From: Escherichia phage RuthEpting_Bas85
Sequence record: PQ850624.1
DNA length: 44,889 nucleotides
Reading direction: 5' to 3' (one strand)
Positions 26,912 to 36,142 of this stretch are shown here, piece after piece. A program made the position numbers and the translations under genes. Numbering within the stretch: the first letter of the stretch is position 1; each line of letters starts with the position of its first letter. The notes below the pieces were generated by a model that made no database searches, was not told the origin of the DNA, and saw nothing but the letters and a program-made list of their open reading frames with translations.

Positions 26912-27154
26912 TTATTTAAGCTCCGTAGTGCGGATTTCATCGCGTGGGATAAATTTGCCGTCCATCTCTACCCAGCAAACACCGTAGCGCCATTGGGTAT
27001 TACGGCCTGTTTGCTCGGCGTACACGGTCTGGCATTCGTAGCGGTCGACGTAGTAAATAGCCGTAGAAGGGATACCAATACAACCGGCAAACATGAGGGT
27101 TAGTATTACCCAAAATCGAAGGTCGCCATCGTAGTCGAAAAACAATGATTTCAT
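26912..27154 (-). CDS. small membrane protein (putative)
   Basis: Start at ATG 27154 (RBS GGAGA); 80 aa with one strong TM segment (FWVILTLMFAGCIGIPSTAIYYV). Confidence 0.4.
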   Translation of the reverse strand: MKSLFFDYDGDLRFWVILTLMFAGCIGIPSTAIYYVDRYECQTVYAEQTGRNTQWRYGVCWVEMDGKFIPRDEIRTTELK

Positions 27155-27234
27155 CGTAATGTCTCCAGGTATTAAAAAGGGCGTCCAACCGGACACCCTT
27201 AAGATAATGCAACCAATCTAATTACGCAACCAAT

Positions 27235-27558
27235 TTATTCATAAAAATTTGGGTCGCGCGCTACGTCTACCAGATACAAGTTGCTCATGCGGTTGCCGTA
27301 GTGCCCTGGCGTGCGCTGGCGGCACACAACGGCGAAGCCTGGAGGGATTGTATTGCCAGTCTCGATAATCCACGCCACGCGCGCGCCAGACAGCGTCTTG
27401 CCGTTGCATTCGATACGAGTACCGCCATCAGCGGTGTTAAGGTTGCCAATCTTGCAGCCGGTGGACTTCAGACGGATGACGCCGGTTTTGCTGTCGTAGG
27501 TGAATAACTGGTTAGTCATTGCAACCGAGAAGTCGATGGCTTCGAATGTAGTATTCAT
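27235..27558 (-). CDS. HNH_3/AP2-like domain protein with non-canonical catalytic positions
   Basis: 107 aa; pattern ARVAWIIETGNTIPPGFAVVCRQ...GNRMSNLYL parallels the HRLVW...G.IP.G..VDHID.N..NL scaffold of phage HNH_3 endonucleases, but the two His positions are Ala and Cys/Arg. Confidence 0.4.
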   Translation of the reverse strand: MNTTFEAIDFSVAMTNQLFTYDSKTGVIRLKSTGCKIGNLNTADGGTRIECNGKTLSGARVAWIIETGNTIPPGFAVVCRQRTPGHYGNRMSNLYLVDVARDPNFYE

Positions 27559-28250
27559 TTTAAATTTTCCTCATTGACTGCTATTGCGAAGCCGCGCGGA
27601 GTGAGCGACCGGATTAATTTGGTGCGGGCAGATTTGCCACCGAGGCGACTATACTGCTTCGAGTACCCTTTTTCAACGAATACCGGCTTTTTCTCCGGCA
27701 TACGAAAGCCATTGCCGGTCCATAAACAGGTCAGCTTTGGATATGAATCGCGGTCGTTGATGTATTCCGGGAACAACGGATGTACGTCATCCTCCGGCAG
27801 ATAGCCGCCATACTCCCACGGATCAAACGAGTGGTCTGGCTTGCGCCACTGGGTGGATAGCACACTGCGCGGATTCTCAATCATATATGGCACTTCAAAG
27901 AAGTCACCCAGGTAAGCGGCAATCTTCGCGGTGCGCACTGCCTTAAGCTGAAAGGCGGGGTCTTTCGCACGCTTGCACGGGAAAGCTGTCGCACCGCTCA
28001 CCGCCAGATCCGTACACGGCGGAAACGCGTAGATAATATCCGGCGTGCCGAAATCGCCATTCATCGCGCGGTCCACGAAGTCCAGATCGATAAACTCGTT
28101 ACGATAGCGGATACCGCGACCATAAATACGGTAGTCAAGGTAAGACCCGTGATCGGCTTCCGAGTAGTTGAAACAGTAGCATTTATGCCCCATCTCGGCA
28201 GCGCGCTCTATCATCAAGCCGCTGCCGTCAAATAATGACCAGATAATCAC
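27555..28250 (-). CDS. C5-cytosine DNA methyltransferase-like protein (short form)
   Basis: GTG start; 231 aa; motif I LFDGSG, motif IV FPPC...SGA, motif VI-like IENP; too short for a standard target-recognition domain. Confidence 0.55.
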   Translation of the reverse strand: MIIWSLFDGSGLMIERAAEMGHKCYCFNYSEADHGSYLDYRIYGRGIRYRNEFIDLDFVDRAMNGDFGTPDIIYAFPPCTDLAVSGATAFPCKRAKDPAFQLKAVRTAKIAAYLGDFFEVPYMIENPRSVLSTQWRKPDHSFDPWEYGGYLPEDDVHPLFPEYINDRDSYPKLTCLWTGNGFRMPEKKPVFVEKGYSKQYSRLGGKSARTKLIRSLTPRGFAIAVNEENLK

Positions 28251-29671
28251 TTGCGCACCTTCTTAGCTTTCATGTATTCCATCAAGTCGTCCTGGATGTC
28301 GCGCTTACCATCGCGGCGGTCCGCCACCAGTTCGTCCAGTGTCCCGCGTGCCTGGATAATATAGACGAATACCGGTCGAGGGTGCCCGGCTTGCATCTGG
28401 CGAACTGGCCCGATACGCTCCACGATCTGCGCAAAGTGCTCATAGTTCCACGTATCCGAGAAGATAGCCAGGTGATGACCGCCGTCCTGCAAGTTGAGGC
28501 CATGACCAGCCGATGCCGGGTGTGCGAACATGATGGGAATCTCGCCCCTGTTCCACGCTTCCATATCCTTATTGCCCTGCTTACCCTTACCCATCGCAAC
28601 GCCGTGGGGAAACTTCTTCTTCAGACGTGCCAGGTCGTGCTTATACTGGTACGCAACGAGCAACGGCGCACCGTTCAACTCCTCTACGATACTTTCCAGC
28701 GCGTCCAGCTTGGCGTCGTGAATCTTCTCCCACTCGTCGGTCCGTTCGCCATCCTCGTCCACCTTATACACGGCCCCTGAAGCAAGCTGGAGGCACTTGA
28801 TGGTCTTCGCCGCAGCGTTCGCCGCCTCAACTGTTCCGCTTTCCAGTTCGGCAAATAGCTCGCTTTCAAACTGGTCGTAAATCTTGCGGGCTTTCTTCGG
28901 CAGGTCCACAACAACCGGCGTATAGATTGGCTTGTCACATCCGAAGTATTCAGCCGCATCAACGGTAAGGGATACGTCGGACAGGCGTTGTTGGATCTCT
29001 TTCTCGGAGTTCTTAAGCGGGGCGTGCTGCATAGTGAAGCTGCCAGGCTTAACAGGCTTGCTAATAAACCAGCGATCGGTGAATGCCTTATAGCTACTGC
29101 CGAGCCGTTCGCCACCGTCGACAAACCACGTCTGACCCCATAGGTCTTTCAGCCCGTTTGGTGCTGGTGTGCCGGTCAGGTTAATCCAGCGCTTGACGTG
29201 CTTATGTGCGATCGCCGCCAGTGCGCGTGCGCGCTTACTGCCCTGCTTACTGCGGTAGCCTTTCAGCTTAGTGGATTCATCGGCAACAACGACCGTAAAA
29301 GGCCACTCGTCGCCGCAATACTCGACAAGCCACTCAACCACATCGTAGTTGACGCACACAACGTTAGCGTTGCTTTCAAGCGCCGCAATGCGGTCCTTCT
29401 CCGGCCCGGTGCCGTCTACTACCAGCAGGGCGGGGAATCTCCATTTTTCTTGTTCCGGGGGCCATGTGCCGGAGGCAACGCGTAGCGGGGCCAGCACCAG
29501 TACGCGGTCCTCCTGGTTGGACAGGATGCCAGTCTGGAACATTTTGTTTAGCGCCCACATAGTCGCGCCGGTTTTACCGGACCCCATTGTCGCCCAAATA
29601 TTGCAGCGCTCATGCTTGAGAATAAACGCGGTTATCAATTTCTGATATTCGCGACGTCGGAATCGTGCCAT
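28247..29671 (-). CDS. SNF2-family helicase
   Basis: Start at ATG 29671 (MARFRRREYQ); motifs GSGKTG, DESTKL, LTGTPAPN, AGHGLNLQ. Confidence 0.8.
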   Translation of the reverse strand: MARFRRREYQKLITAFILKHERCNIWATMGSGKTGATMWALNKMFQTGILSNQEDRVLVLAPLRVASGTWPPEQEKWRFPALLVVDGTGPEKDRIAALESNANVVCVNYDVVEWLVEYCGDEWPFTVVVADESTKLKGYRSKQGSKRARALAAIAHKHVKRWINLTGTPAPNGLKDLWGQTWFVDGGERLGSSYKAFTDRWFISKPVKPGSFTMQHAPLKNSEKEIQQRLSDVSLTVDAAEYFGCDKPIYTPVVVDLPKKARKIYDQFESELFAELESGTVEAANAAAKTIKCLQLASGAVYKVDEDGERTDEWEKIHDAKLDALESIVEELNGAPLLVAYQYKHDLARLKKKFPHGVAMGKGKQGNKDMEAWNRGEIPIMFAHPASAGHGLNLQDGGHHLAIFSDTWNYEHFAQIVERIGPVRQMQAGHPRPVFVYIIQARGTLDELVADRRDGKRDIQDDLMEYMKAKKVRK

Positions 29672-29675
29672 ATCT

Positions 29676-29894
29676 TTATTCCGCCTTTTTCCAGACTTCG
29701 GTTTCACTGTTCCAATTCCTCTTTGTGGCGTCGTAGTTGGTGGCGTGTCCAATGTGCACACCGGTCGCGCGGAAGCTCTTAAACTTCTGCCAGCACACTG
29801 TCAACGGCAGCGGGTAATTCATGCCTGCGATAAACCATACGCGATCGCCAGGTTTGCACTCGCCCAGCTTGGTGAGTCGGTAATGTTCTTTCAT
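29676..29894 (-). CDS. hypothetical protein
   Basis: Start at ATG 29894 (MKEHY..., RBS GGAGG); 72 aa; preceded on the transcript by a GC hairpin (29913-29929). Confidence 0.4.
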   Translation of the reverse strand: MKEHYRLTKLGECKPGDRVWFIAGMNYPLPLTVCWQKFKSFRATGVHIGHATNYDATKRNWNSETEVWKKAE

Positions 29895-29936
29895 CGTCAT
29901 GCCTCCAAAAATGGCGGGACAAGCCCGCCGTATTGA

Positions 29937-30110
29937 TTATTCTTGTTCTGCGCGATAGCGGCGCTGCCGTTCACGTTCTTTCTTATTGCGGCACGATTTG
30001 CACTCGGCCCGATGCCCGTCTGGACTGCGCGCAGTCTTTCCGGTGTATTTGTGGAACTGGGATAGCGGCTTGATGCATCCACAATTACTACAACGTTTTT
30101 CTTCAATCAT
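29937..30110 (-). CDS. small zinc-ribbon protein (putative)
   Basis: Start at ATG 30110 (MIEEKRCSNCGC..., RBS GAGGA); 57 aa with CxxCxC...CxxC pattern and basic C-tail. Confidence 0.4.
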   Translation of the reverse strand: MIEEKRCSNCGCIKPLSQFHKYTGKTARSPDGHRAECKSCRNKKERERQRRYRAEQE

Positions 30111-30150
30111 TTCTAAAATCCTCGATAGGGCTAACCGGCACACTATACCG

Positions 30151-30429
30151 CTACGCGACCAATTCAGCAACCAATAAATCGCAGTCGGCTATGTTGTCAA
30201 TAACGCGAACGTCAGCACCGCGGCGGGCCATTCGCTCATGTTCTCGCACCTGGTGCGGCTTCGGTTTTCCTCCGGGGCGCTTCACTTCGACGAATACTAT
30301 GATGCCGTTGATGATAATAATCAGGTCGGGCGCACCTGCGCGCCCCTCCCATGCCAGCTTGCGGCAGAATCCGCCAACCTCTTTCACCCGTCGCATCAGG
30401 TGACTTTGAATCTTGCCTTCTGGTGTCAT
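30151..30429 (-). CDS. VRR-NUC domain nuclease
   Basis: 92 aa; PD-(D/E)xK signature GAPDLIII...VFVEVKRPGGKP...Q typical of VRR-NUC domains. Confidence 0.8.
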   Translation of the reverse strand: MTPEGKIQSHLMRRVKEVGGFCRKLAWEGRAGAPDLIIIINGIIVFVEVKRPGGKPKPHQVREHERMARRGADVRVIDNIADCDLLVAELVA

Positions 30430-30617
30430 TTGGTTTGCAACTCCACGTTACGCAGGCGTAGATCTACCGGTATGTCAGATCTACCGGTTAGCGCCAGCGC
30501 CAGGTTTTCAGGCGTGACAAGTGCCGTGATGGTCTTGCCACGTTCCAGTCTAAGGACGATGCGAATCTCGTCATCGTCCGTCGCGCCAGCGCGCATTATG
30601 CTTAATTCTGCTTTCAT
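30426..30617 (-). CDS. hypothetical small protein
   Basis: Start at ATG 30617 (MKAELSIM..., RBS AGGA); 63 aa; operon context. Confidence 0.35.
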   Translation of the reverse strand: MKAELSIMRAGATDDDEIRIVLRLERGKTITALVTPENLALALTGRSDIPVDLRLRNVELQTK

Positions 30618-30621
30618 AATC

Positions 30622-32913
30622 TTACTTCCTATACCGATACATGATGTCGCCTTCGGCGGCAAGTGGGAAACCTTTCGCCCATATAGGCAGGTCACACATC
30701 AGCGCGCAAAGCTCCTCGGTCGTGTAATCGTCGGTGTCTGGCACTTCCGTGATCAATTCATCGTGCACTGACAGGACGATTTCATATCCCGCAGCTTCAA
30801 CACCAGGCATGGACCATGCGAGAATATCGCGACACAACGCCTGCACGATGTTCTCCGTCAGTTTGCCGCCGTAGGTATACTGGAATCCCCACTGGCGCGT
30901 CGTCTGATTCTCGCCCTGGTATTTGATGCGGGTGCTGGTGCGCTTCTTGCCGGTGTCTTCGTCAATCTCGGTCGTGACAGACAGCGCGATTCCCGGATAG
31001 CTCATGATACGACCCGATGGCAACTCCACCTTCAGCCACCACCCCGCCGCGTTCGGGTCGTCGCGCTCCTCGTCGAAGGTCGGGTCATGCTTCGCCTTCG
31101 TGCGCACAATCTTGAGCGCTTTCTTGCCATCCGGGCGAACGTTCGCGCCAGCCCAGTATGCCTTACCCGGATTGCGTATTGCACATAACACCGCTTCCTC
31201 AAGCTCGGCCCAAAAGGCTACGGTCTTCGGGTGAGACTCGCGCCACATCCTTTTGATCGCGTCGCAGGTCAACCACACGTTTTTAGGCAGTATGTAAGTC
31301 GGGCGCTCGTCTTTCTTGCCAGGCTTCGGCGGGCGCTTCGCTTCGTTGATGCGGGCAAACTCATAACCGCGTTTAGCCGCCGCCCAAATGTGATCGGGGA
31401 ATGTTCCCTTCATGACGTCAGCCATCGCGTACAGGTCGAGGCCCAGGTTTTTAGCGAACTGCAAGAACGCCGCGACGCCGCCACCATAGCCCAGTCCCAA
31501 TTCACACGCCTTACCAATCTGGCGTAGGTCTTTGCGGTTGGCTTTGATATAGTCCGGGTCGAGGCCGAACATCTTACCGGCAGTTTCACAATAAATATCG
31601 CGTCCGGCCTTAAACACCATTAGCGCTGTTTTCTCGCCAGCGATCCAGGCAAGTCCACGCCCTTCCACGTTGGAGTAGTCCGCTACGACAAACTTCTTGC
31701 CCTTAGCCGGGATAATGCACCCGCGAACGGTCGAGGCGGTTAGCTTCGATATGTCATACGCCCAGTGCGCGGTCCCGCGTAGCAGGGAGTTGATGCCGTT
31801 GGTGAGCATGTGCGACCGGACCCAAAACGAGACGTCGCTCTCGCCTTCGCGGCGCTTAATCTTCCCTTCGTGGTCATCACTGTACTCGCCACGTGCCAGG
31901 TTTTGAGGCTGAAAGCTTTTACCGGCCCAGCGTAGTGTACGCTTTGCCCCACCATACTGAAGACAACCACGGCGGCGACCATCGGCAGAAAGGCCGTTGA
32001 CGAGCGGATTGTATTTAGTCGATGCCGTTGATGACGCACCGAGGCGCATCTCAATAAGCACTTTGCCCTCGTCGGGGAAGTCTGGATCTTCCAGCAAGTC
32101 ATTCAGTGTGGATTTCTGCGCGTTGTGAATGGTGAACGCCGGGGCGATATCGCGCAGGATTGGCAGGAAGTCATTGCCGGTCAGCTTACCGCCGAACAGT
32201 TCCCAGGCTTCTTCCTTCAATTCTTCCTTATGCACCTGCACCGCCTTGATCGCGGCGTTCGCCAGGTCAACATCCACATAGAAACCGCGGTCGTTAATCA
32301 ACTGGTCGATAAGCAGGATTTCGTCTTCCTTCGGGGAGTTGCCCCAGTCCGGTATGCGACAGTAGACTTCACGCATTGCGATAATATCCAGCGCGGCATA
32401 GCGCAGGAATTTAGCCCATTCTTCCGGGTGAGTCTCGCGAGTGTAGCGGCGGATTTTGTATGTCTTAGGGGTAGGCTTACAGAATCGCTTAATCAGCGCC
32501 TTGCCCGCCTTATCCTTCGCGTGCTCGGCGTCAACGCCGAGCACCTGGCATTGCATATCAAGACTACCAGGCAGCGCATGTCTGAAGGCCATAATCATCG
32601 TATCTTCGATCTGGCTTACCGGCAGGTCGATACCCCACTTTTCACGGATAACCAGGCGGTCAAACAGGAGGCCGTTAGCCATCACTATTTTTGCTTTCTT
32701 GCGGGTTACCTGGCGTAGCGCCTTGCGCAGTTCACGCGGCATCGTGGGGGATTCAGTGGCGTCCCATGTCTGCACGCGGCCCTCGTCGATGGCGTAGGTG
32801 CAAATCATAATCTCGGTGGATGGGTGTTCTGCATAGGCATACGCACCTGCTTTCTTCAGGTCCACCCCGCTATATGTCTCGGTGTCAAGAAACAGGCGTT
32901 CGAAGTCTTTCAT
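30622..32913 (-). CDS. DNA polymerase, family A (Pol I-like) with 3'-5' exonuclease domain
   Basis: 763 aa; exo motif LDTETYSG; Pol A motif A DYSNVEGRGLA, motif B RQIGKACELGLGYGGG, motif C LSVHDELI. Confidence 0.9.
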   Translation of the reverse strand: MKDFERLFLDTETYSGVDLKKAGAYAYAEHPSTEIMICTYAIDEGRVQTWDATESPTMPRELRKALRQVTRKKAKIVMANGLLFDRLVIREKWGIDLPVSQIEDTMIMAFRHALPGSLDMQCQVLGVDAEHAKDKAGKALIKRFCKPTPKTYKIRRYTRETHPEEWAKFLRYAALDIIAMREVYCRIPDWGNSPKEDEILLIDQLINDRGFYVDVDLANAAIKAVQVHKEELKEEAWELFGGKLTGNDFLPILRDIAPAFTIHNAQKSTLNDLLEDPDFPDEGKVLIEMRLGASSTASTKYNPLVNGLSADGRRRGCLQYGGAKRTLRWAGKSFQPQNLARGEYSDDHEGKIKRREGESDVSFWVRSHMLTNGINSLLRGTAHWAYDISKLTASTVRGCIIPAKGKKFVVADYSNVEGRGLAWIAGEKTALMVFKAGRDIYCETAGKMFGLDPDYIKANRKDLRQIGKACELGLGYGGGVAAFLQFAKNLGLDLYAMADVMKGTFPDHIWAAAKRGYEFARINEAKRPPKPGKKDERPTYILPKNVWLTCDAIKRMWRESHPKTVAFWAELEEAVLCAIRNPGKAYWAGANVRPDGKKALKIVRTKAKHDPTFDEERDDPNAAGWWLKVELPSGRIMSYPGIALSVTTEIDEDTGKKRTSTRIKYQGENQTTRQWGFQYTYGGKLTENIVQALCRDILAWSMPGVEAAGYEIVLSVHDELITEVPDTDDYTTEELCALMCDLPIWAKGFPLAAEGDIMYRYRK

Positions 32914-33080
32914 TGCTTTATCCTCACTACTGCGTCAGCGCTGCCGATCATGGAGAAGATACCATCCGACAAGGCAATCTCTTCGCCGTTGTTGCGAATC
33001 TCGGCAACGGTAAAATACTCGCCCAGCAATTTGGACCATACACGCATTCCGACTTTTACTTCACTGGCTTTAATACGCAT
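32910..33080 (-). CDS. small hypothetical ORF (56 aa), uncertain
   Basis: ATG 33080 with AGGA; stop overlaps polymerase start (ATGA); below ORF-track size cut-off. Confidence 0.3.
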   Translation of the reverse strand: MRIKASEVKVGMRVWSKLLGEYFTVAEIRNNGEEIALSDGIFSMIGSADAVVRIKQ

Positions 33081-33096
33081 TTTTCATTGTCCTAAT

Positions 33097-33120
33097 AAAA
33101 AGCCCGCAATAAGCGGGCTT
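33097..33120 (-). terminator. rho-independent terminator (minus strand) after SSB gene
   Basis: Minus-strand reading AAGCCCGC-ttat-TGCGGGCT followed by TTTT. Confidence 0.6.
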
Positions 33121-33138
33121 GAATAGTGGGCTTTGCCC

Positions 33139-33930
33139 TTAACGGCGGCGACGTTTACGTGGTGCTTCGTCTTCGTCGTCGTCGTCGTCCTCATCTTCGT
33201 CATCGCGGGACTTGCGACGCTTGCGAGGTTTTTCGTCTTCCTCGTCTTCGTCATCGTCATCACGACGCTTGGATTTCTTGGACTTGCGCGGCTTATCATC
33301 TTCGTCATCGTCATCACGACGTTTGGACTTCTTAGCCTTGCGCGGTGCTTCATCTTCGTCATCGTCGCCCAGGTCGTCATCGGAACAAGAAGACCCGCCG
33401 CCACCGAAGGAATCACCATCACCACGGAATCGAAGACCCATCAAACCCGCACCTAGACCTTTGCCGTTGGTGTTGTTCCACGCCCAAATATCCAGGGACA
33501 CGTTGCAATAACAACCGGAATAGATTTCCTGGCCTTCGATCTCGTCGCCGTCGATAGTCAGACCCTGTTCGGTCTGCTTCTCGCCCAGTGACGTTTGGAT
33601 GTTAGGCTGTTTGAACGATTTGGCGTTGATGTACAGCATGCCTTCAAACTCTTCGGTTACTTCGTCGCGCTCATCACCGTCGCGAACTGCGCATTCCTTA
33701 GAATCCTGGGCGTAGTGGCGGTCCATCCACTTATCGGCGTTCTTCTCGGATTTCAGCTTGTCGGTGAGCACTGCGCGCGCTGCCGCTTCCACTTTGTCCA
33801 CCTGCGGATCTTCTTTATCAAGAAGAATCACGGCACGGTATGCCGGTTTTTGTCCATCCTGTTTAGGGGTATCACGTTCCCAAATTTTCAGGAAGCATAC
33901 GCGCACGTTTTTCAGGTTGACTTTAGCCAT
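33139..33930 (-). CDS. ssDNA-binding protein, DUF2815-like, with alternating acidic/basic repeat tail
   Basis: N-terminus MAKVNLKNVRVCFLKIWE...KPAYRAVILL resembles DUF2815 phage SSBs; C-terminal ~85 aa are repeats of DDDEDE-APRK-KKSKRR blocks. Confidence 0.6.
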   Translation of the reverse strand: MAKVNLKNVRVCFLKIWERDTPKQDGQKPAYRAVILLDKEDPQVDKVEAAARAVLTDKLKSEKNADKWMDRHYAQDSKECAVRDGDERDEVTEEFEGMLYINAKSFKQPNIQTSLGEKQTEQGLTIDGDEIEGQEIYSGCYCNVSLDIWAWNNTNGKGLGAGLMGLRFRGDGDSFGGGGSSCSDDDLGDDDEDEAPRKAKKSKRRDDDDEDDKPRKSKKSKRRDDDDEDEEDEKPRKRRKSRDDEDEDDDDDEDEAPRKRRRR

Positions 33931-34019
33931 TTTTCATTTCCTCATTTCGCATGTATCGGGGTTATTGTGAGCCACCCCGTTCGGCTTGGTTGCTAATTTA
34001 CTTGGTTGCGCCTAAGCGG

Positions 34020-34262
34020 TCAAGCACTTTTATTAAAAAGATTTCGGGTCACGTAGTCGGAGGCGTTCTCGATCCAGCTTAACGGCGGGCGGTCTTTATG
34101 CTTTAACACCCAGCCTACGGCAACGTCACTGTAGCCATCGTCCAGCCAGCGGGATGGATGGCGAATCATCCAGGCCACCATTAACACGCCCTGCACGCAA
34201 TGCAGGATAAAGCCCAGCGCACCGAGCATAATCATCAATACGAATGCAAACACCTTATTCAT
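34020..34262 (-). CDS. small membrane protein (putative)
   Basis: 80 aa; two hydrophobic segments (VFAFVLMIMLGALGFIL, GVLMVAWMI). Confidence 0.35.
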   Translation of the reverse strand: MNKVFAFVLMIMLGALGFILHCVQGVLMVAWMIRHPSRWLDDGYSDVAVGWVLKHKDRPPLSWIENASDYVTRNLFNKSA

Positions 34263-35664
34263 TACTTAAGTCCTCATCAGTAGCTTCAGACCACGCGGGG
34301 CGCGGGTCGTCGATTGGTGCCAATACCGGTTTAGCTGGGGCGCGCGTGATTTTATCACACAACTTCGCCCACACTTTCGGTTTCTCGTCCTTCAATACCT
34401 TCTCGGCATCGGTAGGACTGAGCAATGTTTCTTTGTACATCACATCGCGCTTGATCCGGGCCTTCGTGAAGACTTCAATCACTTCGCTTTCGTCCGCCCA
34501 CTTGCGATTACCTTCCTTACCGGCAACCATCTTGAGGCCCAGCGATTCGCCATCGCCCGCCATTACGGCCTTGAATACCGCGGACTCGATAGCCTTGATG
34601 TGCTGGCGCATTGCGTCAAGACCTTCATATGCCTTGCGCAGTTCCGCCGCGCTCATAGCGCCTGGTGCTTCTTCTTCTTCTTCTTCTTTCTTGCCACGCT
34701 TCGCACGTCGTGCCGCTTTCCGGGCTTCGCGATCGGTAGCCTTCGGTGCTTCGTCCGCCAGGTCGTCGTCTGTTGCCGTTGGTGGGGTCATCGTGTCGAT
34801 GGCGGCCTTAGCGCGGGCACTACACTGATCCGCAAATCTACACCACTGACAGGCATCAACGCTCGGTCGGAAGTCGGCACGGGTAAGTCCCTTCTTGCCG
34901 CGGGAATACGCGTCCAGTGCGTCAATAGCACGCTTGGATGCAAACTTCGCGAATATCTCCAGCGCTTCCACGGTAATATCCCACTCCGACGCCCCGCCGC
35001 AATAAGGCTGGAAGATTACCAGGCGAACGGTTGTAATGTCGTACATGGTTTGCAGCTTGCGCAGCAGGCCCAGCGCGTACAACATAAGCTGTTTGTTTTC
35101 TTTCGCCTCGACCTTATGTCGCCCGGTCTTCAGGTCGCCAACAATCAGCATGTACGTGCCGTCGGTCTTCTTCATGACCATTACCATATCGGCAGTTCCG
35201 AACGTCTTCACCTTGTTGCCGTCTATCTCGAAGCCAGGGTGCAAGATGCGGGTGAGATCGGCGCGCATTTCAAGCTGAACAAACTCCGCCACTTCAAGGA
35301 GTGGTCGCCAGTGGTCGATGTACGCGTCGCACTGTTTCACCATGTCGTCGTTAACCAGCACGCCGCCTTTCGGTGCTTTCGGGTGGGCCTTTACCGGTCC
35401 CTTACCTTCGTTCTCGACGTAACACCCTTTGTACGTCTTCGCGGATAGCTTCTTCTCACCGGCAATAATACGGTTTAGCACGACCTCTGATACAGTGTGC
35501 ATACTCGTACCGTTAATCGCAGCTTGCCCGGATTCGTTCGGGATACCTTTTTCGACTACCAGGGCGGCGGGACACCCCATCCATTTTTTAGATCCTGATG
35601 GTCCGAGTAATGAGTGTTCCGTATTACTACCGGATTGCGTTTTGCGCTTTGGTTTAATAGCCAT
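34255..35664 (-). CDS. PD-(D/E)XK nuclease, DUF2800/Cas4-like, with C-terminal Cys cluster
   Basis: 469 aa; N-terminal LGPSGSKKWMGCPA; internal GDLKTG and DxK-type motifs; CQWCRFADQC cluster; Lys/Glu-rich tail; sits beside the DUF2815 and Pol A genes. Confidence 0.7.
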   Translation of the reverse strand: MAIKPKRKTQSGSNTEHSLLGPSGSKKWMGCPAALVVEKGIPNESGQAAINGTSMHTVSEVVLNRIIAGEKKLSAKTYKGCYVENEGKGPVKAHPKAPKGGVLVNDDMVKQCDAYIDHWRPLLEVAEFVQLEMRADLTRILHPGFEIDGNKVKTFGTADMVMVMKKTDGTYMLIVGDLKTGRHKVEAKENKQLMLYALGLLRKLQTMYDITTVRLVIFQPYCGGASEWDITVEALEIFAKFASKRAIDALDAYSRGKKGLTRADFRPSVDACQWCRFADQCSARAKAAIDTMTPPTATDDDLADEAPKATDREARKAARRAKRGKKEEEEEEAPGAMSAAELRKAYEGLDAMRQHIKAIESAVFKAVMAGDGESLGLKMVAGKEGNRKWADESEVIEVFTKARIKRDVMYKETLLSPTDAEKVLKDEKPKVWAKLCDKITRAPAKPVLAPIDDPRPAWSEATDEDLSNE

Positions 35665-35843
35665 TATTCAACCCTTGTAAACTGGACAATTACATATTTC
35701 ACATTAGCCAGACCTGCTTTTTCTACGCGGCGTTTAACTTCATTTTGTGCGTCCACGAAGCAATTGCTCGCGTTAGTGTTTTCCACAATAAAAGAAGTGT
35801 GGTCGTCTAAGTCGTGGCATGTTGCCAGCACGAAGAATTTCAT
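35664..35843 (-). CDS. hypothetical small protein
   Basis: Start at ATG 35843 (MKFFVLATC..., RBS GGGAGA); 59 aa. Confidence 0.3.
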   Translation of the reverse strand: MKFFVLATCHDLDDHTSFIVENTNASNCFVDAQNEVKRRVEKAGLANVKYVIVQFTRVE

Positions 35844-36094
35844 TATTTCGTCTCCCAACGGTCAATTACTTTTTCCTCCGACGATACTGCAAAGCGAACA
35901 TATTCTAGATTGGAGTCCGCCCAAATATAAAAGTCGGGATTAGTAAAGGTGGTGCGCTTAATTTGCGCGGGGTTATCGCGGCGTTTATCTATCACGGCAA
36001 CGCGTGATTTAAAGTTGCCGATACGTTCGAATAGCCAATAATAAGGGCGCTGGTCGCGTGAATCCACCGCCTCGATTAGCGTGAAACGTGCCAT
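35843..36094 (-). CDS. hypothetical protein
   Basis: 83-aa ORF with ATG start, second gene of the leftward early operon. Confidence 0.4.
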   Translation of the reverse strand: MARFTLIEAVDSRDQRPYYWLFERIGNFKSRVAVIDKRRDNPAQIKRTTFTNPDFYIWADSNLEYVRFAVSSEEKVIDRWETK

Positions 36095-36142
36095 TGTCTC
36101 GTCCTCTAAAAATAGGCCCGCAGATTAGCGGGCCGGATAATA

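Noticed and set aside
33133-33511. Plus-strand ORFs (33133-33456, 33212-33511) opposite the SSB repeat tail
   Set aside because: Artefacts of the GAC/GAA-rich repeat on the other strand; they give poly-Val/Ile/Phe or poly-Ser/Arg low-complexity products.
34244-35448. Plus-strand ORFs (34244-34828, 34600-35448) opposite the DUF2800-like nuclease gene
   Set aside because: Antisense to a motif-supported gene; Ser/Ala/Arg-rich low-complexity translations.
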